Virus record (IMG/VR): IMGVR_UViG_3300018432_000001 | Location: 78,478-142,477 of that record | DNA length: 64,000 nucleotides | From: a virus | Reading direction: 5' to 3' (one strand) | Part shown: positions 19,154-29,188 of the stretch, piece by piece | Layout of the letters: every line of letters begins with the position of its first letter | Numbering within the stretch: the first letter of the stretch is position 1 | The notes under the pieces: model-generated | Told to the model about the DNA's origin: nothing | What the model saw: the letters and a program-made list of their open reading frames with translations, nothing else | Databases searched by the model: none | Made by a program: the position numbers and the translations under genes

Positions 19154-20018
19154 TGGGGCTTTCCTCCTGCTCTTCCATGCCACGGGAGATGACCACGTCA
19201 GTCAGCGCGTCGATGGACTCGATGACACCTTCGCGCTCGGACGGACGGAATGAGGTGATCGGCAGGCTCTCCGATTGGGTCTCGGCCAGTCTGGCGCGGA
19301 AGGGGATGACGTGGGGGAGTACCGGCACGGGTGCGCCCTGGTCGATCGCCTTGAATGAGATGGGCATCTCTTCGATGTACCGGTTGTGGAGCTTCAGGCG
19401 GATGTCCGCCTTGTTGATGATGACCCCGCCGAACTTCAGGTTCGGCACCATCAGGTGCTGACGGAAGTTGGAGACGAAGGTGGCCATGCGCAGGCCCCCC
19501 TTGATCTCGTTCCGTTCGGGGATGACGGTGATCCAGACGCGGTCCTCCTCGCCGTCGAGCGCGGCGATGCAGTTCTGCACGAGGTGTCCCAGGCTCGGGT
19601 CGGCGTTCAGCAGGACGTGGTCGTACATGTCGGCGGGAAGGGCGTCGAGGGCGCGGCGCAGACGGAACTGGGCACCGGCCTTGTCGGTTTCGTGAAGCCG
19701 GTCTTCGAGCATGTAGCCACCCTGGGCGACGTGGATGTAAGAGGCTTCGGGGACATCCCATCCGCAAGCGGTGATGGCGTCGGTGATGGGGCGCGGGTTG
19801 TGGTGGTCGAGCACTTCGGCCATGGTCAGGCGCGTGGGGTCTCCGGCGTCGAAGCGGTCGGCGGTGTCGTCCTGCGGGTCGACCTCGACGACGAGCACGC
19901 GCTTGTTGCGTCGGGCGAGGGCGTGTGCGATCTGGACGACGCCGAACGTCTTGCCCGAGCCGCCCTTGCCGTTGAGGAAGGCATCCCGAGGGGGGCGCAC
20001 AAAGAGGTTAGAGGACAT
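19143..20018 (-). CDS. parA: ParA/Soj-family partition ATPase
   Basis: Deviant Walker A NGKGGSGKT, RVLVVEVDPQ, YDHVLLNADPSLG, GVIINK. Confidence 0.9.
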   Translation of the reverse strand: MSSNLFVRPPRDAFLNGKGGSGKTFGVVQIAHALARRNKRVLVVEVDPQDDTADRFDAGDPTRLTMAEVLDHHNPRPITDAITACGWDVPEASYIHVAQGGYMLEDRLHETDKAGAQFRLRRALDALPADMYDHVLLNADPSLGHLVQNCIAALDGEEDRVWITVIPERNEIKGGLRMATFVSNFRQHLMVPNLKFGGVIINKADIRLKLHNRYIEEMPISFKAIDQGAPVPVLPHVIPFRARLAETQSESLPITSFRPSEREGVIESIDALTDVVISRGMEEQEESPNGA

Positions 20019-20190
20019 GCTGAACCTTTCCGATCATGTGAATACATGAGCAAATAAATATTGATGCGAACATGAGGAATCTACACCCTACGAACCAGTC
20101 AGGGTTTTGGGCTATTTCGTGCCGGGCATGGATGATTTGCGCTACTGATGAGAGGATGTATTTGTTCTAGTTGACCGTTTTGGGGGAATC

Positions 20191-22050
20191 GTGGCGAGAT
20201 GTGGTTGCAACGCCGCTAGTGCGACAACGTGCGACGCGATCGTGCTGTGCGTGGCGGCGAATCTCGGTCCGGGTCTGCGGTACGACAGCATCACCGGCCT
20301 GTTGTCGGTGCGGATCTCTGGCGACGTGGGCAACGCGGCCAGCTTCGGTTCCGACAGCGGCATCTATGTTCCCGGCGGCGACACCGTTCCCGATCCGGCC
20401 TCGGGTCGCCGGACGATCGCCGGGCTTCCCGTTCGTGCGGCCGGTGGTGCTGCTACCGGGGGCGGCTCGATGACCCCGTTCGGTTCCCCCGAGGGCATAG
20501 ATTACGCGGTAGCCAACCGGCTCGACATCATCAACATCTCCAACTTCGCCCTTGCTGACGGCGTCTCCATCGCCCGCTGGGATGGCCCGGGGGCGGACCT
20601 GGAGAACCGGACCGACAACCCCGCGACTATCGACACCCAGTTGATCAGTTCGGTGCAGCTGCCCAGCCTGCTGGTCGACGCGGGCGCGCGTGACACGCCG
20701 ACCGGCCGCGACTCGGGGGCTCCGGCAGTGTTGTTGAGCCCGGACGGGGGGTGGTTCGGGTTCTACGCGAACAACTTCACCCCCATGACGCTCACTGATG
20801 CCCTGTTCAAAGTCGCTGCTCGGGCCGTCGTGTACCTGCCGGTCATCGGAAGTCAGATCGAGTCCGATACGGAACGGCACCTGGCCGGTGCCGCTCGGGC
20901 GATCCTCCAGGCGCAGTCGCAAGCCTGGACCCTGTGCGGCGTCCCGGGCTATATCGACGACGGCGCGGGAAACATCATCCCGAGTCCGATCAGCACCTGG
21001 GTCGGCGATATCGCCGCCGCCGGGATCACCCCGGTCGTCGACTTGTTCGACGACAGCGCTGGAGGCTTCGTCGTGACCCCGGCCGAAGTCGTGGCAACCG
21101 GCGCCGAATGGGTTCGCCTCGCTCAAGCCGAAGGCGGTACCGGTGGTACCTCGCGCGCACGAATTCAGACGTTCCTTGACGCGGGCCTTCAGGTGTATGT
21201 GCAACCCCGCAGCTCACGGCAGTGGGATGCCGAACAGCTGTGGGACATGGGTGTCCGCGCGGTCTCGTCGGACTCCCCGGTCTACACCCGGGGTGCCCGT
21301 GGTGAAGCGGGCGATCTGGACTACCGCAAAGAAATCGTCATCCCCGGGCTCATCACCCGCACCATGATGGAAGGGTCGCTGACGCGCCGTACAAACCTCG
21401 GTATGGACCCCTCCGATATCGGCTGGGCACGCCAGTCGGACGTTGGCCGGAACTTCAGCGCCCAGTTCGGTTGGGAAGGCGGCATCGGTGCGCACCTGCA
21501 CTCGCAGCTACTCGGCGAGCTGTGCCCGTACGAGGTCACCGCGAACTACCGGCTGCGCCTCCGGTTCCGCGTCGACCCCACCCAGGCCAGCGCACCCGCC
21601 GGGGCGCTACCCAAGCTGGGCATCTTCTTCAACTCACCCGACGACCGGGACATCACCTACTTCGAACCCGATGACGGACCAGAACACGTCAATGGGTACT
21701 GGTTCAACATCCGCGTCGGCACCTCCAACCCCGGCCTGGTCACGATGGGCAAGTTCAACAACGGGAACTTCACCGTCTTGGACACTTCGATGGACTTCCC
21801 CACCATCACCATCGGCAGTTGGATCAACTTCAATATCACCGTGACGCCAACCACCGTCTCGCTCGGCGTCGGTGTCAGCGGCACGGAGTTGTCGGCCACG
21901 ATCAACGACAGTGACCACCGGGGACCCTACGCGTTCTACGCGTGGGAGGACGACTACATCGCGCCTGCCGACAACGCCGGATTCGCGCACGGGTACAGCG
22001 CCTACGAACTGTTCGCGACGACGTCGCCGATGTACGAGGACCAGTCCTGA
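20191..22050 (+). CDS. Receptor-binding/tail-tip protein: anchor, degenerate GDPD-like barrel, ConA-like beta-sandwich
   Basis: MARCGC anchor; IDYAVANRLD..LADG, AGLQVYV and DMGVRAVSSDSP match the GDPD pattern. Confidence 0.65.
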   Translation: MARCGCNAASATTCDAIVLCVAANLGPGLRYDSITGLLSVRISGDVGNAASFGSDSGIYVPGGDTVPDPASGRRTIAGLPVRAAGGAATGGGSMTPFGSPEGIDYAVANRLDIINISNFALADGVSIARWDGPGADLENRTDNPATIDTQLISSVQLPSLLVDAGARDTPTGRDSGAPAVLLSPDGGWFGFYANNFTPMTLTDALFKVAARAVVYLPVIGSQIESDTERHLAGAARAILQAQSQAWTLCGVPGYIDDGAGNIIPSPISTWVGDIAAAGITPVVDLFDDSAGGFVVTPAEVVATGAEWVRLAQAEGGTGGTSRARIQTFLDAGLQVYVQPRSSRQWDAEQLWDMGVRAVSSDSPVYTRGARGEAGDLDYRKEIVIPGLITRTMMEGSLTRRTNLGMDPSDIGWARQSDVGRNFSAQFGWEGGIGAHLHSQLLGELCPYEVTANYRLRLRFRVDPTQASAPAGALPKLGIFFNSPDDRDITYFEPDDGPEHVNGYWFNIRVGTSNPGLVTMGKFNNGNFTVLDTSMDFPTITIGSWINFNITVTPTTVSLGVGVSGTELSATINDSDHRGPYAFYAWEDDYIAPADNAGFAHGYSAYELFATTSPMYEDQS

Positions 22051-23873
22051 TGGCCCGCTGCGGATGCAACACGGCCATGTCGACCACGTGCGACGCGATC
22101 ATGACGTGCATTGCCGACAACCTCGGTCCTGGCCTGGACTTCAACGAGTCGACCGGGCAGATCGACTTGGAGATTTCCACCGACGCCGGAAACACTGCGA
22201 CCATTGGGACCGACGGCGGATTCTACGCCCCCGCTTCCACCGGGCCTGGTGAGATCGTCTGGCCTGTCACTGTGGCGACGCTGCCCGAGCAGGCCATCGG
22301 TGCGACCGGCGGCGGTATCGGTGTCGGCCCTTCAACGTCGCCGTACCTCATCGAGTACTGCATCGCCAACGGCATCGACATGTATTCCACCACCGTGCTG
22401 CTCGGGTCCGACGGCGTCGCGCTGGAAACCATTCAAGGCGCTGGCAGCTCGATCACCGCCTTCACCGACAACCCCGGGTCGATCACATGGGGCCAGTCGT
22501 CGTCGTTGACGATGACCGCGATCAATTACGACGCCGGGACCCGCGATAACCCCACCGGCGACAACTCCAATGCGCCCGCAGCGCTGCAGATCCCGTACGG
22601 GGGCTGGGCCGGGTTCTATCAGAACCAGTACACCGGGCGTCAACTGGCAGAAATGCTGCGGCTCGTCCGGGGCCGGATGGTTGTGGACCTGCGCGTCAAC
22701 CGCAATGGGGTGACACCCGATGAGATCGAGGCAGCGATCGTCACTACCGTGCAGACAGTGGTAGATGCGGGCGCCCAGGACTGGTGCATCATCAATGTTC
22801 CCGGATACCTCGATGACGACTCGCCTTCCCCGATAGGAACGTGGGTTCCTCTTGTAACCGCAGCGGGGATCACGGCGGCGGTCAACCTGATCACGGAGGC
22901 GAGCGCGACGGGCATTCAGCCGGTCGCCACCATCGTCGCGTCGGGGGCGACCTGGGTCTCGGCCATCCGCGACGACGGCATGGACGGCACCTTGAACGAT
23001 GCGCGGATCACCGAGCTTGTCGCCGCCGGACTTCAGGTGATGGCACGTACGACCTCGCGGCAGTACTGGACGACCCACAATTTCACTACGTTGGGTGTTC
23101 GGGCCGTCGAAGGCCAGGACGCGGTCTACGCCCGAGGCTCCCGTGGGGAGACCGGGGACCTCAACTACCGTCAGACGCTCATTCCCGGTTTGGGTACGCG
23201 AACTGCCATCATCGGCGCGTTGACGCACGTCACCGATGACCAGCGTTCGCTGTGGCACGGCGGTTTCGCCCGGCTGGACCTGTCGGGTCGCTGGTTCCCG
23301 ATGCGGTATGCGTGGAACGGGCTACTCATTCCTACTGAGGCCAATCAGCTGCTGGGCACCATCTGCCCGATCCCGAACGCCACCGACTACGAGATCCGAC
23401 TACGGGTACGCCGCGATCCGGCCGCTGTTATGAGCTCCAGCCAAGAGGTCGGCATCTTCTTCGCGATCCCCGATGACCGCGACATCACCACCCCCAGCGG
23501 CACTACGAACCCGGTCAAGGACGGGTACATGGCCCGGTTGACGTCCCAGAGCACGGGAACGTCGTTCCGGCAGCTGTCCATCCGCCGGTTCACGAACGGT
23601 GGCTTCACCACCATCGCTACCGAGAGCAACACCGTCGCGTTGCCCACTGACTCGTGGGCCGATCTGACCGTGCGCGTGGAGGGGTCCCAGCTGACGTTCA
23701 TCGTGACCGTGGCAGGGGTGACACGGACACTGTCGGTCGCCGATGCCACTTGGCGGGGGCCCTACGCGGCCTACGCCTGGCGCGATGAACCATCGGCGGC
23801 GTCGGGGGCGTACCCGGGATTCGTCCACGGTTACACCAATCCGGAAGACCTGGTGATGTACGCGCCGCTCTAA
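22050..23873 (+). CDS. Second receptor-binding protein, paralog of 20191..22050
   Basis: Same MARCGCN..TTCDAI..C.A.NLGPGL start and collinear motifs throughout. Confidence 0.65.
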   Translation: MARCGCNTAMSTTCDAIMTCIADNLGPGLDFNESTGQIDLEISTDAGNTATIGTDGGFYAPASTGPGEIVWPVTVATLPEQAIGATGGGIGVGPSTSPYLIEYCIANGIDMYSTTVLLGSDGVALETIQGAGSSITAFTDNPGSITWGQSSSLTMTAINYDAGTRDNPTGDNSNAPAALQIPYGGWAGFYQNQYTGRQLAEMLRLVRGRMVVDLRVNRNGVTPDEIEAAIVTTVQTVVDAGAQDWCIINVPGYLDDDSPSPIGTWVPLVTAAGITAAVNLITEASATGIQPVATIVASGATWVSAIRDDGMDGTLNDARITELVAAGLQVMARTTSRQYWTTHNFTTLGVRAVEGQDAVYARGSRGETGDLNYRQTLIPGLGTRTAIIGALTHVTDDQRSLWHGGFARLDLSGRWFPMRYAWNGLLIPTEANQLLGTICPIPNATDYEIRLRVRRDPAAVMSSSQEVGIFFAIPDDRDITTPSGTTNPVKDGYMARLTSQSTGTSFRQLSIRRFTNGGFTTIATESNTVALPTDSWADLTVRVEGSQLTFIVTVAGVTRTLSVADATWRGPYAAYAWRDEPSAASGAYPGFVHGYTNPEDLVMYAPL

Positions 23874-23930
23874 CGGTTGAGGAGGGGTCCGGAGCCTGCC
23901 GCCGGGAGTGATCGACTCCGGAACCCTCGG

Positions 23931-24197
23931 TCAGGGAAGGTCGTTGTGGATGATGCCGTATCGGGTGATCCCGAATTTCGTGCCTTCGATGGTGATGTTC
24001 TCGCCGACGTCAGCGCCGACCGCGTCGTAGAACTCGGTCGTGTCGCATTCGGTCAGCTCCCCCGTGACGTTGTTGTAGATACCGATCGATGACACGGTGT
24101 AGTGAGAGGGGATGGCGACGTCGCAACCCAGGGCGGCAGCGAGAAAGTCCCTGATGAAGCTCGCGCGGATCAGGGCCGGGGTGGTTGTCGGCGTCAT
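23931..24197 (-). CDS. Hypothetical protein (probably leaderless)
   Basis: CACAAT 6 nt upstream of ATG; MTPTTTPALIR. Confidence 0.55.
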   Translation of the reverse strand: MTPTTTPALIRASFIRDFLAAALGCDVAIPSHYTVSSIGIYNNVTGELTECDTTEFYDAVGADVGENITIEGTKFGITRYGIIHNDLP

Positions 24198-24265
24198 GGC
24201 CCTATTGTGACTGATGATCACAGCCTGACGCAATCCGCATTCGTGTCACGTTTTCGCGGCGCGGC

Positions 24266-24805
24266 TCACTTTACGCGTGGCATCCGCTCGCGGCGCACGA
24301 CCGCGTGCTGGGGCCACTCATCGCCCGAGTCGTCCCATGTCCACAGAATCCCCTGGTAGTCGTTGCCGGTGAACCAGTTCCGGGCCAGCGCCCACAGGCT
24401 CGTGGTGGGCACGTGCTTGAAGTCGTCGCGCTCGTCGGCGCGGACGAGTCCGTGGCGGATGATCGTGGGCCGTTCCAGGCCGTGGGGGTTCTTGGCGAAC
24501 TTGGGGCCGATGAGTTCGTAGTAGGCGGCGCGGTCGGGTTGGAAGCCTTCACCCATGGTGGGGAGGTCGTCGGGGCTGCCCATGGCGGCTCGCAGGGTTT
24601 TCGGGGCGTCGTCGAGTGGTTTCCAGACGGCTTTGGCGTCGGCGCTGGCGGGTCCGAACTCCCAGCCGCGCTCGGGGGAGAAGCGGAGGGTGCGGCCGAG
24701 GTACAGCGGGCTCGGGGTCCCGTGTCGGCCGATCCAGTCGACGGTGACATCGGAGGTGTAGGTGCCCTCGGTGTCAGTGGCGAAAACGTCAGGCGCAGCA
24801 ATCAT
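24266..24805 (-). CDS. Hypothetical protein (leaderless)
   Basis: 179-aa ORF with a promoter directly before the ATG. Confidence 0.65.
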   Translation of the reverse strand: MIAAPDVFATDTEGTYTSDVTVDWIGRHGTPSPLYLGRTLRFSPERGWEFGPASADAKAVWKPLDDAPKTLRAAMGSPDDLPTMGEGFQPDRAAYYELIGPKFAKNPHGLERPTIIRHGLVRADERDDFKHVPTTSLWALARNWFTGNDYQGILWTWDDSGDEWPQHAVVRRERMPRVK

Positions 24806-24811
24806 GCCCTC

Positions 24812-24839
24812 ACTATATCGCTTTGTCGCGTTTTGTCAG
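24812..24839 (-). promoter_or_regulatory. Housekeeping-sigma promoter
   Basis: CTGACA-16nt-TATAGT-6nt-ATG. Confidence 0.65.
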
Positions 24840-24858
24840 TGACGGTGCGGCACCGAAC

Positions 24859-25305
24859 CTATTGGGGAGGCAGCCCCGCACCGTCTCTTTCACCGTATAG
24901 GGGTTCGCCGAGGAGGTGCACATCGTGTGCGATGATCTCGTTTATCTGCTCGGCCATCGATGCATGGGCACCTTCCGAGATCCATTCGAGCGTGGAGCAC
25001 AGATCGAACCAGGTGGTGAGGAGCAGACTGGTCGGCGGCGGCAGCGTGTCCGGATCAGTGCCGCGTATGCCCCTGAAGGCAAATGCGTTCATGGCGATGT
25101 AACCGGTTTCCAGGTGCGTGAGGGTCAGGCGGCTGAATCCGTCGCGGGGGCGCCAGTCATAGGACAGCTCATCATTCTCAACATGCTTGCGGTGCATGTA
25201 AGGAGGATGATGGATGTGGATGTCGTTGATGTACCAGTTGAAGAACCCGATGGTCTTGGAGCGGATCTCGTCGGGAAGTCGCAAGCGCTTGGCGGGGCTG
25301 TCCAT
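24859..25305 (-). CDS. Hypothetical protein (leaderless)
   Basis: TATGAT-6nt-ATG; MDSPAKRLRL. Confidence 0.6.
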   Translation of the reverse strand: MDSPAKRLRLPDEIRSKTIGFFNWYINDIHIHHPPYMHRKHVENDELSYDWRPRDGFSRLTLTHLETGYIAMNAFAFRGIRGTDPDTLPPPTSLLLTTWFDLCSTLEWISEGAHASMAEQINEIIAHDVHLLGEPLYGERDGAGLPPQ

Positions 25306-25343
25306 ACGCGCATCATATGAGTGGTTTGCGTCTGATCGTCGGA

Positions 25344-25709
25344 TTACTCGCCGGTGATCGCGGCTTGCCGAGCGGCGCTGATCTGGTCGCGCATACCCGT
25401 AAGTCGGTCGATTTCGGCGTCGAGGTCGTCCATGAGCTCGTCGAGGACGGCTGAACGGTAGGTCAGGAGCCATACGGCGACGTCACCGATGACGTAGTAG
25501 CGCGTGGGACCGGGACCGGCGATGACCTCTTTGACCGGCCTGGGGAAGTGGGGATGGGTGCGCGCCCACACGTTGACGGTGCTGGTGTCGCGGCGCGCCA
25601 TCTCGGCGATCTCGGGGACAGAGACGAGTTCAGCCTCACGCCCCCGGTAGGTCTCGTCGAGCCAGCGCGTTTCGAAGCTCTTGGCGGGGCGGGGGCGGGG
25701 GCGGGGCAT
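25344..25709 (-). CDS. HTH DNA-binding protein (excisionase/AlpA-like)
   Basis: LVSVPEIAEMA...TVNVWARTHPHFPRPV; AAGGAG RBS. Confidence 0.7.
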   Translation of the reverse strand: MPRPRPRPAKSFETRWLDETYRGREAELVSVPEIAEMARRDTSTVNVWARTHPHFPRPVKEVIAGPGPTRYYVIGDVAVWLLTYRSAVLDELMDDLDAEIDRLTGMRDQISAARQAAITGE

Positions 25710-25721
25710 GGTGCTCCTTCG

Positions 25722-26792
25722 TCATTCGATGCGGTAGTGCCCGTCGACGCGGGTCTGCGGGACGTATTTTCCGAGTGATCGTAGTATTTTCGCTGATGCG
25801 GGTCCGTCGTCTTTGTCGTACCCCGGCCGGTACTTCAACTGGTGGACGGCGCCGTTCGCGTCGTAGGGTCCCTCTTCGAGCCCGAGGTGGTTGATCACCT
25901 CCATGACGTGGGCTTTGCTGCGTTTCGGTTTGTCGACGTTCGCGCGCAGGCGAAGGAACTCCATGAGGTCGTCTTCGGCGGCGCGCAGCTGCTTACCGAA
26001 GTGTGCTCCGGCTTCGACCAGTTCGGTTGCCGCCTCGTCCCGGAGGGGGTCGGCGTTGTCTTTTCCCAGGCAGCCGGATTTGAATTCGCAGGAGATGCAC
26101 GGGGAGTAGGGCGCGAACGCGTCGGAGGTGTGCTTGCCGAACCAGCGCGGTGCGACCTCGTCCCCGGCGAGGGACAGCCCGTGCTCGAAGCGGGCGGTGG
26201 CCGCTTGGACTTCCGCGTCGGTCCAGGCGCGGGTGGTCATCTCCCAGTTGTGCTCGGGGTCTTCGATGTCGATGTAGTAGATCCAGTAGCCGCGCATGGG
26301 CGCGCCCGTGTGGTATTCGGCCAGGAGGCCGCCGACGCGGCACTGGTCGAGGTGGGAGCGTTTCGGTTCGCCGCTCTTGGCGGCTTTCACGATGTACTTC
26401 GCGCCGGTTTTGAGTTCGAGAATGGCGAAGGAGCCGTCGGTGAAGATGACGACCATGTCGGGATGGGCGACCAGGGGCCCGGCGCTCACTTCGGTGCTGT
26501 GGGCTTCGTCGTCGATGAGGACTTCCTCGACCTCGGGGTCGGCCGCCCACTGCTCGGCTAGCAGCCGCAGGTAGTAGTTGTGGATGGCGGTCCCGATTTG
26601 GGCGCGGAGGTTCAGGCGCACGGTGATTTCGTCGGTTGCCGGGGTGCGCCGGTACCGCAGCTGCACTTGGCGCGGGCATTCGTGCAGGGCCGAGGCGTGG
26701 ATCTTGCCGTCGTTGAAGTGCTCGCGGTTGCGGCGCGAGGCGGTGCGCCACGCCTCCGTGGCGTGGCGCACCGCGTGCTCTCGGCTGATCAT
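25722..26792 (-). CDS. Cas4-like PD-(D/E)XK exonuclease
   Basis: HASALHECPRQ, GTAIH, HPDMV..ILELKT, Q motif, C-terminal CxxCxxxxxC. Confidence 0.8.
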   Translation of the reverse strand: MISREHAVRHATEAWRTASRRNREHFNDGKIHASALHECPRQVQLRYRRTPATDEITVRLNLRAQIGTAIHNYYLRLLAEQWAADPEVEEVLIDDEAHSTEVSAGPLVAHPDMVVIFTDGSFAILELKTGAKYIVKAAKSGEPKRSHLDQCRVGGLLAEYHTGAPMRGYWIYYIDIEDPEHNWEMTTRAWTDAEVQAATARFEHGLSLAGDEVAPRWFGKHTSDAFAPYSPCISCEFKSGCLGKDNADPLRDEAATELVEAGAHFGKQLRAAEDDLMEFLRLRANVDKPKRSKAHVMEVINHLGLEEGPYDANGAVHQLKYRPGYDKDDGPASAKILRSLGKYVPQTRVDGHYRIE

Positions 26793-28063
26793 TCAGGGTC
26801 CTGGTGTGGTTGGCCGCTGCCGGAGACACTGTCCGTGGCGTTGAGCTCTTCCTTGCGGTTGTTGACGTACCCGATGACGTCGTCGAGACGCTCGTGGAGG
26901 GCGGCGTGAGCCTCGAACTTCTCCAGTTCGTCGTGTTCGGCGTCGAGGATCTTTTCGGCCGCGTCCATCCATTCTTCGACACGGGAATTGATGGTGAGGG
27001 AGCCCCACGCGTACGGCACCTCATCCGCCGCAGCGGCCGGTGCGGGGGCGGGGGTACCGGTGGCGAGGGCGTTGATGGCGGTCTTTACCGTGTCCTTGAC
27101 TTCTTCGGGCCACCAGGCGCCGTCGCGGACCCACAGCCACGCTTCGCGCAGCACGTGCTGGTCGGCGGTCTGCAGCTGCTCCAGGTAGGCGCTGGTTTCG
27201 GCTTCGAGGGTGTTGTCGATGCCGTCCAGCTCGGTGAGCATGAGGTCGGCCAGTTCGGGGCCTGGGTCGATAAACACGGTACCGGTCGGCATCGGGTATT
27301 TGAAGTCGACCATGCCGTCGTCCTTGGGGCGCAGTTTCACCAGCGCGGTCTTTTCGACGATGGCGCGGTGGACGTCGGTAGCGCCCTGTTTCACGTTCGC
27401 CTTGTGCTCGATGTCGGCCTGGGCGAGGTGGCGGTCCATGCGGAAGATGAAGTCGGCTTCGTGGGTGATGCCTTTGCGGGCGTCCACCTTGACACCGATC
27501 TGCTCCTGCTGCTTGTTGAAGGAGTTGGCCTGTTCGAGGCAGCAGATGACATGCGCGTGCTGGCGCAGTCGCAGGAGATTCATGAACAGGGCCTTCTCCT
27601 CGGCCTTGACCGGGCCCCAGCCGCGCAGCTTGGCTTTGCCGTCGGTGGTGGTGCCGCCGTACTCCTCGGCGCGGTCCTTGAAACCGTGCGGGTCGTTCCA
27701 GAAGCGGGTCATGCCGTCGATGATGACCACGATCGGAACCGTGGCCACGGCGGCGGCGTCGGCCAGCTCCCCGACGATCTTGGTGAGCCGGTCAGGGTTG
27801 GCAGTGGGGAACTTGATCGGCCGCCAGGTGAAGCCGGTGCCGTCGGGGCGGCGGGCGTGGTGGCGCATGCGGTCGCCGTCGGCTTCGATGGCGACGATGT
27901 GGCCCCCGTGAGGGGCGGTCAGGCGGTGGGCAATGCGCAGGGCGAGCTGCCCTTTGCCGGTGCCGCCTTCGCCGTAGATGAGAGCGTAGATGTTCAGGCG
28001 GGGGCACTGCTGGATCGGCAGTGCGGTCAAGTCCATGGGGACTTCACGGGTGATGGTGGCCAC
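26789..28063 (-). CDS. Sak4/AAA_24-like RecA-fold recombination ATPase
   Basis: IYGEGGTGKG Walker A, VIIDGMT Walker B, HVIC and E.D motifs; lies between nuclease and SSB. Confidence 0.75.
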   Translation of the reverse strand: MATITREVPMDLTALPIQQCPRLNIYALIYGEGGTGKGQLALRIAHRLTAPHGGHIVAIEADGDRMRHHARRPDGTGFTWRPIKFPTANPDRLTKIVGELADAAAVATVPIVVIIDGMTRFWNDPHGFKDRAEEYGGTTTDGKAKLRGWGPVKAEEKALFMNLLRLRQHAHVICCLEQANSFNKQQEQIGVKVDARKGITHEADFIFRMDRHLAQADIEHKANVKQGATDVHRAIVEKTALVKLRPKDDGMVDFKYPMPTGTVFIDPGPELADLMLTELDGIDNTLEAETSAYLEQLQTADQHVLREAWLWVRDGAWWPEEVKDTVKTAINALATGTPAPAPAAAADEVPYAWGSLTINSRVEEWMDAAEKILDAEHDELEKFEAHAALHERLDDVIGYVNNRKEELNATDSVSGSGQPHQDPE

Positions 28064-28074
28064 GGGGGCTCCTT

Positions 28075-28335
28075 TCAGAAGGTGAGCGGTGCGACGGTGA
28101 CGGTGGTGCCATCGGCGCAGTGACTGACGAGAGGCTGCCCGCCGATCAGGCGCGCGAGGGCGTTCTCGTCGTTCACGTCATCGGGGTCGGCCGGGCCGTG
28201 AAGCGCGAGCTTCCAGCGGGCTTCGCTCAAGGCTCGGTCGGGTTCGACCTGGCGGCCGTAGTAGGTGCGTTCGCCGCTGACGATGATGACCTCGAAGGAG
28301 CGCCAGCGGGTGGTGCGGTGGTGGTAGGCGTCCAT
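28075..28335 (-). CDS. Hypothetical protein
   Basis: Fills the operon between ssb and the ATPase. Confidence 0.55.
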   Translation of the reverse strand: MDAYHHRTTRWRSFEVIIVSGERTYYGRQVEPDRALSEARWKLALHGPADPDDVNDENALARLIGGQPLVSHCADGTTVTVAPLTF

Positions 28336-28337
28336 GG

Positions 28338-28787
28338 CTAGAACGGTGCGCCGAAGTTGTCGCCCGCGCCGGGGACGGGCGGTGGTGCTGGAACGTAGGT
28401 GGATCGGGTGTCGCCGCCCCCGGTGCGGGGGGTGTCGGTGATGGTCGCGGTGGCGTAGCGCAGGGCCGGGCCGGTTTCGTCGATGTCGACTTTCCAGCGG
28501 CGGATGGTCTGGCCGTCTCGTTCGTAGGAGTCGTCGACCAGTCGGCCGCGCACCCACACGTGCATGCCCTTGGTAAAGGTGTGCGCGATGTTCTCGGCGT
28601 AGGCGCGCCAGGCGGCGCAGTCGAAGAAGAGGGTGGTGCCGTCCTCCCAGGCGTCGGTGTGCTGGTTTTTCAGCCGTGGGGTGACGGCGACGGAGAAGTT
28701 GACGACGGGAATGCCGGAGGGGATGTGGGCCAGTTCAGGGTCGCGGACGACGCGTCCGACGAATTCGACGATGGGTTCGCCAGCCAT
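28338..28787 (-). CDS. ssb: Single-stranded DNA-binding protein
   Basis: VGRVVRDPEL, FSVAVTPR, CAAWR..AENI, GPALRYA; C-terminal APF. Confidence 0.92.
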   Translation of the reverse strand: MAGEPIVEFVGRVVRDPELAHIPSGIPVVNFSVAVTPRLKNQHTDAWEDGTTLFFDCAAWRAYAENIAHTFTKGMHVWVRGRLVDDSYERDGQTIRRWKVDIDETGPALRYATATITDTPRTGGGDTRSTYVPAPPPVPGAGDNFGAPF

Positions 28788-28894
28788 GTGACTTCCTTGG
28801 GTAGTTTCGGACATGCATGATGCGCATGTCCGATGAGACTACCTTTGGGAGCTGACATCGGGTTTGTCCGAGTTTTGCTCGGCGTGGTGTGCGG

Positions 28895-29188
28895 TTACGG
28901 CAGTAGCGCAGCGACGAACAGCTTTCGGCATGCCGCCAGCGGTCCCTCCTCGACGGTGTCAACGGGATGACGCAGGTCGACAGTGCGGAAGACGCTGGCG
29001 TTGGTGGGGATGAGGTACCCCTGCACGCGGGTGCCGATGGTGTGCAGCGGCGAGGGTACTGCCGAGGCGTAAGCGTCCGATACGGCGATGTGCACGGCGA
29101 TGACATAACCGGGCACCACCTCGCGAGAGATGACGGCAACGAAAGCTCCTGGCCGGTCAGCGCGCTCGGCAACGTCCCCGGGACTCAT
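28895..29188 (-). CDS. PemK/MazF-like toxin (putative)
   Basis: MSPGDV....RP..VAVIS pattern, 97 aa, ATGA-coupled to a small RHH gene. Confidence 0.5.
   Translation of the reverse strand: MSPGDVAERADRPGAFVAVISREVVPGYVIAVHIAVSDAYASAVPSPLHTIGTRVQGYLIPTNASVFRTVDLRHPVDTVEEGPLAACRKLFVAALLP

Noticed and set aside
25722-26792. CRISPR-Cas system suggested by the Cas4-like gene
   Set aside because: No repeat-spacer array or other cas genes; the context is the common phage recombination module
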